The notes beneath the pieces are model-generated. The model was not told the DNA's origin, searched no databases, and saw nothing but the letters and a program-made list of their open reading frames with translations. The position numbers were made by a program, and so were the translations under genes. From Candidatus Iainarchaeum sp. (GTDB lineage: Archaea > Iainarchaeota > Iainarchaeia > Iainarchaeales > CSSED10-239): a DNA stretch of 9,579 nucleotides. Every line of letters begins with the position of its first letter. Position 1 is the stretch's first letter. Positions 1-6,084 of this stretch are shown here, piece after piece. The stretch covers positions 1 through 9,579 of the forward strand of contig PWLL01000038.1 in assembly GCA_003559395.1 (NCBI GenBank), read 5' to 3'.

Positions 1-270
1 AAAACAGAAAAACCAGAAACAAAAGAAGAAACTAAAGAAGAAGCAAAAGAAATGAAAACAGAAAAACCAGAAACAAAAGAAGAAACTAAAGAAGAAACAA
101 AAGAAGAAACTAAAGAAGAAACAAAAGAAGAAGCAAAAGAAATGAAAACAGAAAAACCAGAAACAAAAGAAGAAACTAAAGAAGAAACAAAAGAAGAAGC
201 AAAAGAAATGAAAACAGAAAAACCAGAAACAAAAGAAGCACCATCAGAAAACAAAGAAGAGAAAAAGGAA
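1..270 (+). repeat. Nested in-frame tandem repeat: macro-units starting at 1, 55, 145 and 211 (54, 90, 66 nt, then a degenerate last copy), differing only in the copy number of a 12-nt GAAAC(T/A)AAAGAA (ETKE) micro-repeat
   Basis: Direct reading: each unit starts AAAACAGAAAAACCAGAAACAAAAGAAGAA and ends GAAGCAAAAGAAATG. Unit lengths differ by multiples of 12 nt. Confidence 0.9.
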
Positions 271-273
271 TAA
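1..273 (+). CDS. 3' end of a CDS entering from upstream: K/E/T-rich tandem-repeat C-terminal tail (5'-partial, product unknown)
   Basis: Frame 1 is open from base 1 (KTEKPETKEETKEEAKEM...) to TAA at 271-273. The ATG at 52 used by the ORF track is the Met inside each repeat unit, not a start. The gene upstream of rps28e in archaea is usually rpl7ae, but no globular domain is visible here, so that identity is unverified. Confidence 0.6.
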   Translation, partial: KTEKPETKEETKEEAKEMKTEKPETKEETKEETKEETKEETKEEAKEMKTEKPETKEETKEETKEEAKEMKTEKPETKEAPSENKEEKKE

Positions 274-277
274 TTTT

Positions 278-282
278 GGAGG
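278..282 (+). promoter_or_regulatory. Shine-Dalgarno-like GGAGG upstream of rps28e
   Basis: GGAGG lies 11 nt upstream of the ATG at 294 and is complementary to the archaeal 16S 3' end (..GAUCACCUCC). Confidence 0.55.
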
Positions 283-293
283 ACTGATATAAT

Positions 294-497
294 ATGGCTG
301 AAGAAGGAATTCCTGCAGAGATTGTAAATATTCTTGGAAGAACTGGCTCTAGAGGAGAAGCAACACAAGTACTTTGTAAAATTTTAGATGGTTACGAAAA
401 AGGACGTATAAAAAAAAGAAATGTTAAAGGTTCTGTAAAGATTGGAGACGTATTAATCCTAATGAATCCAGAATCTGAAGCAAGAGATATGAAATAG
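294..497 (+). CDS. rps28e: 30S ribosomal protein S28e
   Basis: 67 aa. 'PAEIVNILGRTGSRGEATQVLCKIL...GRIKKRNVKGSVKIGDVLILMNPESEAR' matches the S28e family signature (PAEV..I.GRTG..G..TQV.V..L.....R...RNV.GPV..GD.L.L.E.EREAR). Confidence 0.95.
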   Translation: MAEEGIPAEIVNILGRTGSRGEATQVLCKILDGYEKGRIKKRNVKGSVKIGDVLILMNPESEARDMK

Positions 498-504
498 GTG
501 ATCC
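496..504 (+). promoter_or_regulatory. Strong Shine-Dalgarno AGGTGATCC for rpl24e, overlapping the rps28e TAG stop
   Basis: 9-nt complement of the 16S 3' tail, 4 nt upstream of the ATG at 509. The TAG stop (495-497) is embedded in it. Confidence 0.7.
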
Positions 505-508
505 TTAT

Positions 509-715
509 ATGAAATGTACTTTTTGTGGAAAAGAGATTCTAGATGGAACAGGAACAATATATGCAAAAAAAGATGGAACAACATATTATTTTTGTACAAG
601 AAAATGCAAAACAAATATGCTTACTAAAAAATACAGAGCACATAAAACAAAATGGACCAACGAATACCATTTAGAAAAACAAAGACACATGAAAAAGAAA
701 ATGCAAAAAAAGTGA
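509..715 (+). CDS. rpl24e: 50S ribosomal protein L24e
   Basis: 68 aa. 'CTFCGKEILDGTGTIYAKKDGTTYYFCTRKC' is the L24e zinc-ribbon-like core (C.FCG..I.PGTG......DG....FC..KC), followed by 'WT'. Sits in the canonical rps28e-rpl24e order. Confidence 0.95.
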   Translation: MKCTFCGKEILDGTGTIYAKKDGTTYYFCTRKCKTNMLTKKYRAHKTKWTNEYHLEKQRHMKKKMQKK

Positions 716-719
716 TGTT

Positions 720-2462
720 TTGTTAAGACAACCAATAATAACAATAATGGGTCATATTGACTCAGGAAAAACAACCTTTTTAGACAAAATCAAAGGAACA
801 AGTATTTGTCAAAAAGAACACGGAAAAATAACACAACATATAGGAGCAACAGAAATAACCTTAGACAACATCAATTGTATCTGTGAAGACATAGTAAATA
901 AATACAAGTTTGATCTAAAGATACCTGGGCTTTTGTTTATAGACACACCAGGCCACAGTGCTTTTGATAATCTAAGAGAAAGAGGTGGAAGTTTAGCTGA
1001 TCTAGTTGTGTTGGTTGTAGATATTAACAAAGGCTTACAAGCACAAGATATAGAAACTTTAGAAATATTAAAAATGTATAAAGTTCCATTTATTATTGCT
1101 GCAAACAAAATAGATCTTATAAACGGATGGTATCAAGAAACACCAAACGTTTCATATAATCTAGAAAAACAAAATAATAAAACTAAAGAAATACTAGACG
1201 AAAAAATATACAAAATAGTTGGACAATTATTTGATAAAGGATTTCAATCAGAAAGATTTGATAGAGTAGATGATTTTAAAAAAACAGTTGCAATTGTTCC
1301 TACCTCAGCAGAAAAAGAATGGGGACTACCAGATTGTATTTTGTTTCTTGCAGGACTAAGTCAAAAATTTTTAGAAAAAAAATTAGAAGTTGATCAAGAA
1401 AAAAAAGCACAAGCAACAGTTTTAGAAGTTTCAGAAATAAAAGGAATTGGTTCTGCAGCAGATATAATCTTATATCAAGGAACCTTAAAGATAAAAGATG
1501 ATATTTTATTTCCAACAAAAGAAGGTCTAGAAAAAACAAAAGTAAAAGCACTTTTAAAACTAAATATGATGACCGCAGTTGATAAAAAAAAACAAACGTT
1601 TGTAAGACAAGAACAAATAACATCAGCATCTGGCTTAAAACTAGTTGCACCAGGAATAAACAAGTGTTTGCCAGGAGGAGTTATTGTCTCTGCAGAAGAT
1701 ATACAAGCTATTGAACATCTTAAAAAAAAATCCTTTAATTGTTTTTCTGAATTGTCAGACCATGGAGCGTTTGTTAAAGCAGACACCTTAGGATCATTAG
1801 AAGCCTTAAGAAAACTTCTTGAAAAAAATAACATCTGCATCGCAAGAGCAGACGTAGGAGAAGTTTGTCAAAAAGATATAACTGAAATAAAAATATTACA
1901 TGACAAAAATAAAAAAGAAGGAGTTTTGTTTTTATTTAACACAAAAATAAATAAAGATTTTGAAGACGAACTAGAAAAACAAAAAATACCTATATTTAAA
2001 AACAATATTATATATAAGTTAATAGAAGACTATCAAGAATGGTATACAAAACAAAATAAAAAAGAAAAAGATAAACTTTTATCAGAAATTATTTATCCTT
2101 GTGTTTTTAAAGTGTTGCCAGACCATATCTTTAGAAGTAGTAAACCAGCAGTCTTTGGAGTACGAATCTTAGAAGGAAGACTCGTTAATGGATCAAAGAT
2201 ACAAAGAAACAATAAAATAATTGGAGAAGTTGTTGAGATACAAGATTCAGGAAAAAAAATAGATGTTGCAGAAAAAGAACAAGAAGTTGCAGTCTCCATA
2301 AAAGGAGCAACTTATCCAAAAGACTTTAAAGAAAAAGAAAAATTGAACGTTTATTTAAATATTGGAAATATAAAAAACTTAGATAAAATAGAAGATGAAC
2401 TAAGTTCAGAAGAACATGAACTTATAAAAGAAATAAAAATAAATTTAAATAAAGAAGAATAA
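720..2462 (+). CDS. infB: Translation initiation factor aIF5B (IF2 homolog), TTG start
   Basis: 580 aa. The GTPase motifs are G1 'GHIDSGKTT', G3 'DTPGH' and G4 'ANKIDL'. Length and C-terminal beta-barrel/helical region are typical of aIF5B. The first in-frame ATG (747) would delete the beta-1 strand 'RQPIITIMGH', so TTG at 720 is the most plausible start. Confidence 0.93.
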   Translation: MLRQPIITIMGHIDSGKTTFLDKIKGTSICQKEHGKITQHIGATEITLDNINCICEDIVNKYKFDLKIPGLLFIDTPGHSAFDNLRERGGSLADLVVLVVDINKGLQAQDIETLEILKMYKVPFIIAANKIDLINGWYQETPNVSYNLEKQNNKTKEILDEKIYKIVGQLFDKGFQSERFDRVDDFKKTVAIVPTSAEKEWGLPDCILFLAGLSQKFLEKKLEVDQEKKAQATVLEVSEIKGIGSAADIILYQGTLKIKDDILFPTKEGLEKTKVKALLKLNMMTAVDKKKQTFVRQEQITSASGLKLVAPGINKCLPGGVIVSAEDIQAIEHLKKKSFNCFSELSDHGAFVKADTLGSLEALRKLLEKNNICIARADVGEVCQKDITEIKILHDKNKKEGVLFLFNTKINKDFEDELEKQKIPIFKNNIIYKLIEDYQEWYTKQNKKEKDKLLSEIIYPCVFKVLPDHIFRSSKPAVFGVRILEGRLVNGSKIQRNNKIIGEVVEIQDSGKKIDVAEKEQEVAVSIKGATYPKDFKEKEKLNVYLNIGNIKNLDKIEDELSSEEHELIKEIKINLNKEE

Positions 2463-2469
2463 AATTATA

Positions 2470-2475
2470 GAGGTG
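2470..2475 (+). promoter_or_regulatory. Shine-Dalgarno GAGGTG for rps6e
   Basis: GAGGTG lies 7 nt upstream of the TTG start at 2483. Confidence 0.6.
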
Positions 2476-2482
2476 TATTATC

Positions 2483-2884
2483 TTGAAAATAAATATTTCA
2501 GTACCAAAAACAAAAAAAACATATAATATAGAAGTAGACGACAAAGTAAGATTGTCTTTTCTTGGAAAAAAAATAAAAGATAAAGTAGATCTTTCTTTTG
2601 TTGATAAAGGACTAGAAGGTGTAATCACTGGAGGTTCAGACAAAGAAGGATTTCCTATGTTGTCATCTTTAGAACACGAAGGTACAAAAAAAGTGTTTAT
2701 TACTAACGGCGTAGGATTTAAAGCTAAAAGAAAAGGACAAAAAACACGAAAAAGAGTAGCAGGAAAAATAGTCACAGAAAACACACAACAAATAAACATA
2801 AAGTTGACAACAGGAGAAGATAAAATACTAGAAGAAAAATATGCAAAAAAAGAAGAAGATAAAAAGAAAGAGGAGTCTAAATAA
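2483..2884 (+). CDS. rps6e: 30S ribosomal protein S6e, TTG start
   Basis: 133 aa. The N-terminus 'MKINISVPKTKKTYNIEVDD' matches the conserved eS6 N-terminus (MKLNIS.P.TG....IEVDD). 'GGSDKEGFPM' matches the family 'GG.D.QGFPM'. Short K/E-rich C-terminal tail. Confidence 0.93.
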   Translation: MKINISVPKTKKTYNIEVDDKVRLSFLGKKIKDKVDLSFVDKGLEGVITGGSDKEGFPMLSSLEHEGTKKVFITNGVGFKAKRKGQKTRKRVAGKIVTENTQQINIKLTTGEDKILEEKYAKKEEDKKKEESK

Positions 2885-4077
2885 TGTCTAAAAAACTGCA
2901 ACCCGAAATAAATATTGGAGTCATCGGACACGTTGATCATGGAAAAACATCCTTAACAACGAAACTAACAAACACAAACACAGACAAACATTCAGACGAG
3001 ATAAAACAAGGAATATCTATCAGACTAGGGTATGCAGATACTTGTTTTTATAAATGTAAAAAATGTTCAGGACTACAAGCATATGGTGTATCAAAGAAAT
3101 GTATTCTTTGTGAAAGTGATTGTGAAATTATTAAAAAAGTCTCTTTTGTAGACGCACCAGGTCATGAAACACTTATGGCTGTTATGTTGTCTGGAGCAAC
3201 TTTGTTTAATGGAGCAATATTAGTTATTGCTGCAAACGAACCTTGTCCACAACCAAGAACACAAGAACACTTTTCTGCACTTAAGATGCATGGTATAAAA
3301 AATATAGTCGTTGCACAAAATAAAATAGACCTAGTAACAAAAGAACAAGCACAAGAAAACTATAAAAACATAAAAAAATTTTTAAAAGATGAAGGATATG
3401 AACACGTTCCAGTAATACCAACCTCAGCACACTTTGATGTGAATATTGATGCTTTAGTTTATGCTTTGTTAGAAACAATAGATACACCAGATTATAAAAC
3501 AAAAGAACCATTAAAGATGAGAGTTGTTAGATCCTTTGATGTTAATAAACCAGGAATAGACATATCAAAGATAAAAGGAGGCGTTCTAGGAGGAGCAATA
3601 CTTCAAGGAACACTTAAAAAAAACCAAGAAGTTTATCTTTATCCAGGAATAAAAAAACCAATCAAATTAAAAGTCACATCACTAAGTTCAGGAAAAGACT
3701 CTTTTGATGAAGTTAGAGTTGGAGGACTTGTGGCAGTTGGTACAGACATTGATCCTGTATGTATGTTTGGAGACAGAATGGCAGGCCAATTGATTTGTGA
3801 TGAAAAATCAAAGCCGTTAGTAGGGTCTAGAATGCAAATAAAATATCATAAGATTGAAAGACTATTAGAATCTAATCAAAAACCACTTGCAATATCAGAA
3901 AATGTTGTGTTGATAATAGGCACTGCTGCAAATATAGGAACAATTACAAAAATAAAAGGAAATGAAATAGATATAGTACTTAAAAAAGAAGCAGTCTATT
4001 ATCCAAAAGAAAAAATTGCAATCAGTAGGTTAATAAACAATAGATGGAGACTTTCTGGATATGGCGAAATTAAATAA
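2884..4077 (+). CDS. eif2g: Translation initiation factor aIF2 gamma subunit
   Basis: 397 aa. Contains 'INIGVIGHVDHGKTSLT' (G1), 'DAPGHE' (G3), 'QNKIDL' (G4) and the zinc knuckle 'CKKC...CILCESDC' between G1 and G3, characteristic of e/aIF2-gamma. The start overlaps the rps6e stop by 1 nt (TAATG). Confidence 0.95.
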   Translation: MSKKLQPEINIGVIGHVDHGKTSLTTKLTNTNTDKHSDEIKQGISIRLGYADTCFYKCKKCSGLQAYGVSKKCILCESDCEIIKKVSFVDAPGHETLMAVMLSGATLFNGAILVIAANEPCPQPRTQEHFSALKMHGIKNIVVAQNKIDLVTKEQAQENYKNIKKFLKDEGYEHVPVIPTSAHFDVNIDALVYALLETIDTPDYKTKEPLKMRVVRSFDVNKPGIDISKIKGGVLGGAILQGTLKKNQEVYLYPGIKKPIKLKVTSLSSGKDSFDEVRVGGLVAVGTDIDPVCMFGDRMAGQLICDEKSKPLVGSRMQIKYHKIERLLESNQKPLAISENVVLIIGTAANIGTITKIKGNEIDIVLKKEAVYYPKEKIAISRLINNRWRLSGYGEIK

Positions 4078-4459
4078 AGTATTGATTGATACAAACGTAT
4101 TAATATATATGTATGAAAATAAAAAAGATATATTTGATTTTGCAGAAATAGTAATACCAGATGCAAAATTTTATATCTTAGATAAAGTATATCAAGAACT
4201 AGAAAAAGTATTTAAAAAAAAACCAATAAAACTAAAAAATATACAAAAATATTTACAAAAACTAGAAAATGTGAAAAAAATACAAGAAATAAAAGTTCCA
4301 GAAGATCTTGCAGAAAAAAATAGAACAGTAGATCGTTTGTTAATCTATTATTCAAAAGAATATTTAGTATATACAAACGATAAAGAACTTAAAAAAAAGA
4401 TTAATGAAAAAAGAAGAAGAGTATTAGTTTTAAGAGAAAAAGGAGTATATTTAAATTAA
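4061..4459 (+). CDS. PIN-domain ribonuclease, Fcf1/Utp24-like housekeeping family (COG1412-type)
   Basis: 132 aa. The four PIN acidic positions are recognisable: 'VLIDTNVL', 'YQELEK', 'TVDRLL' and 'YTNDKEL'. It overlaps the aIF2-gamma 3' end by 17 nt. It occupies the conserved archaeal slot between eif2g and rpoE'. Confidence 0.8.
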   Translation: MAKLNKVLIDTNVLIYMYENKKDIFDFAEIVIPDAKFYILDKVYQELEKVFKKKPIKLKNIQKYLQKLENVKKIQEIKVPEDLAEKNRTVDRLLIYYSKEYLVYTNDKELKKKINEKRRRVLVLREKGVYLN

Positions 4460-4481
4460 TTTTGAAAAAGAGGTTGTATAT

Positions 4482-5093
4482 ATGGGTTATAAAAAATATA
4501 ATATGGAAGCGATTGTTTGTATCTCTCCAATAAATTTAGAAGGAGAACTAGAAGATATTATCTTTGATCAAATATGTAAAGATTTTGAAGGAATAATAAA
4601 TAAAGATATTGGACTGATATTGTCGATAACAGATCTTATAGAATATGATGAAGGAGAAATTGTGCCAGGAGATCCAAATGTTTTTTATAAAGTTAAGTTT
4701 TCATTAGTTTCATATATGCCTAAGTTACATGAAGTTGTGCCAGGAATAATAACACAAGCAACAGACTTTGGAGCATTTATTAAAATTGGACCATTTGAAG
4801 GGTTGTGTCATATATCTCAAATCATGGAAGACTTTAACTCATATAACCCTGAATTGCCTGGATTTGTTGGAAAAGAAAGTAAACAAATGTTAGTTGTAGA
4901 AGACCTTGTAACAGCCAGAATTGCAAGCGTTAGTTTAAAATCAAAACTAGTAGATACAAAAATTGGCTTAACAATGAGACAACTTGGACTAGGAAAAGAA
5001 GACTGGATTGTTGCTGCAGAAAAAGAAAAAGAGAAAAAAGAAAAAACAGCAAAGAAAAAAGCAACAACTAAAAAAACAAAGACGAAAAAGTGA
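4482..5093 (+). CDS. rpoE: DNA-directed RNA polymerase subunit Rpo7 (RpoE') with Lys-rich C-terminal tail
   Basis: 203 aa. 'EGEIVPGDPNVFYKVKF' and the S1 domain 'GIITQATDFGAFIKIGPFEGLCHISQIMEDF...FVGKES' closely follow the Rpo7/RpoE' family pattern. GAGGT (4470-4474) lies 7 nt upstream of the ATG. The last ~26 aa (from ~5013) are an EKEKEKKEKTAKKKATTKKTKTKK tail. Confidence 0.92.
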   Translation: MGYKKYNMEAIVCISPINLEGELEDIIFDQICKDFEGIINKDIGLILSITDLIEYDEGEIVPGDPNVFYKVKFSLVSYMPKLHEVVPGIITQATDFGAFIKIGPFEGLCHISQIMEDFNSYNPELPGFVGKESKQMLVVEDLVTARIASVSLKSKLVDTKIGLTMRQLGLGKEDWIVAAEKEKEKKEKTAKKKATTKKTKTKK

Positions 5094-5099
5094 TGTTGT

Positions 5100-5333
5100 A
5101 TGAATGTAAGAGCATGTAGAAAATGTCGAAAAATAATTGAAGAAGACAATGTAAAAACAACAGCAGAAAAAAAGAAAAGAAGCGTAATAAAAGAATGCCC
5201 TGTTTGTGGGTCATCTTCATTTACAACTTTTTGGAAAGGATATGTTTTGATTATTGATCCAGAAAAATCAGAAGTTGCAAAATCAATGGATGTTAAACTT
5301 CCAGGAAGATATGCTTTAAGATTAAGTAGGTAA
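5100..5333 (+). CDS. spt4: Transcription elongation factor Spt4 (RpoE'')
   Basis: 77 aa. Zinc ribbon 'ACRKC...CPVCGSS' followed by 'W.G.V.IIDPEKSEVAK.....PGRYALR', the archaeal Spt4 signature. Canonical position after rpoE'. Confidence 0.88.
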   Translation: MNVRACRKCRKIIEEDNVKTTAEKKKRSVIKECPVCGSSSFTTFWKGYVLIIDPEKSEVAKSMDVKLPGRYALRLSR

Positions 5334-5355
5334 TTATTAAAAAGAGGTAATTGTT

Positions 5356-5826
5356 ATGAATATAGAACTAAAAAAACAAAGAAATGATTTGCTTAAAAGA
5401 ACAAACGTTTTAGCAAAAGTGTTTGCTGTAAAAACACCAAGTAGAAAAGAAATACTTTCAAAAGTAGCAGCAATGATGGGTACTGAAGAAAAATTAATGG
5501 TGATAGATAATATTGAACAAAACTATGGAACACATAGTTCTGTTGCTTATATAAAAGTTTATGATGATTTTAAAACACTAAATGAATTAGAATCAAAATA
5601 CAAATTAAAAAGAACTGGTTTTGAAGAGAAGAAAGAAGAAGCAAAAGAAGAAGCTAAAGAAGAAGCTAAAGAAGAAGCTAAAGAAGATAAACCAGACGCT
5701 AAAGAAGAAACTAAAGAAGAAGCTAAAGAAGACAAACCAGACGCTAAAGAAGAAGTAAAAGAAGAAGCAAAAGAAGTAAAAGAAGAAACTAAAGAAGAAA
5801 CTAAAGAAGAAGAAAAAAAAGAATAA
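5356..5826 (+). CDS. rps24e: 30S ribosomal protein S24e with ~67-aa K/E-rich repeat tail
   Basis: Residues 1-~88 ('NDLLKRTNV...TPSRKEILSKVAAMMG...LMVIDNIEQNYGTHSSVAYIKVYDD') fit S24e (NPLL.R.E......TPSR.E....LA.......V.....T.FG......G.A.IYD). GAGGT (5344-5348) lies 7 nt upstream of the ATG. Residues 90-156 are low-complexity K/E/A/T. Confidence 0.88.
   Translation: MNIELKKQRNDLLKRTNVLAKVFAVKTPSRKEILSKVAAMMGTEEKLMVIDNIEQNYGTHSSVAYIKVYDDFKTLNELESKYKLKRTGFEEKKEEAKEEAKEEAKEEAKEDKPDAKEETKEEAKEDKPDAKEEVKEEAKEVKEETKEETKEEEKKE
5635..5823 (+). repeat. In-frame tandem repeats coding the S24e tail: 4 x 12 nt GAAGAAGC(A/T)AAA (5635-5682) and 2 x 45 nt (5683-5727, 5728-5772; EDKPDAKEE[T/V]KEEAK), followed by more ETKE/EVKE units
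   Basis: Direct reading of the sequence. The two 45-nt copies differ at only a few positions. Confidence 0.9.
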
Positions 5827-5841
5827 TTTTTATAAAAGATT

Positions 5842-5848
5842 AGGTGAT
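5842..5848 (+). promoter_or_regulatory. Shine-Dalgarno AGGTGAT for rps27ae
   Basis: 7-nt complement of the 16S 3' tail, 4 nt upstream of the ATG at 5853. It overlaps the GTG (5844) that the ORF track used as a start, which argues against that GTG. Confidence 0.65.
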
Positions 5849-5852
5849 AAAT

Positions 5853-6074
5853 ATGGCTAAAAAGAAAGGCGGAGTTAAAAAAGGAAAAAAAACTCCAACA
5901 AAAACAAGAAGAGTAAAAATTAGTAATTTTTATGAAGTAAATGATAATAAAATACAAAGAAAAGGAAAAGATTGCCCAAAATGTGGAACAGGAGTAAAAA
6001 TGGCAGAACACAAAACAAAAGAACAAAAAACAAAATTCACATGCGGTAAATGCGGTATGAACGTTTGGGAATAA
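5853..6074 (+). CDS. rps27ae: 30S ribosomal protein S27ae
   Basis: Begins 'MAKKKGG...'. Zinc ribbon 'CPKCGTGVKMAEH......CGKCG' typical of S27ae, in the canonical position after rps24e. Start placed at ATG 5853 rather than GTG 5844 because of the SD position. Confidence 0.9.
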   Translation: MAKKKGGVKKGKKTPTKTRRVKISNFYEVNDNKIQRKGKDCPKCGTGVKMAEHKTKEQKTKFTCGKCGMNVWE

Positions 6075-6084
6075 GCTATAGAGG

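Noticed and set aside
1-273. CRISPR-like or satellite repeat array (also 5635-5823)
   Set aside because: The repeats are contiguous with no unique spacers, are multiples of 3 nt, and are fully in-frame within open reading frames with lysine/glutamate codon content. They are coding low-complexity repeats, not CRISPR.
1584-1592. A9 homopolymer runs inside essential genes (1584-1592 and 1722-1730 in infB, 4214-4222 in the PIN gene, A8 at 3616-3623 in eif2g) as programmed frameshift or phase-variation sites
   Set aside because: All runs are read through in-frame as Lys-Lys-Lys codons within conserved proteins, and no alternative-frame ORF continues after them. They are the expected by-product of AAA codon preference in an A-rich genome, though they are plausible sequencing-error hotspots.
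4061-4459. PIN-domain gene as a VapC toxin of a toxin-antitoxin or defence module
   Set aside because: There is no small antitoxin ORF upstream, and the gene instead overlaps aIF2-gamma by 17 nt. It occupies the conserved archaeal eif2g-PIN-rpoE' slot typical of the Fcf1/Utp24-like housekeeping PIN family (rRNA processing), not a mobile TA pair.
5844-5852. GTG 5844 as the rps27ae start (ORF-track model MINMAKKK)
   Set aside because: That GTG lies inside the AGGTGAT Shine-Dalgarno element. ATG 5853, 4 nt downstream of the SD, gives the typical MAKKK N-terminus.
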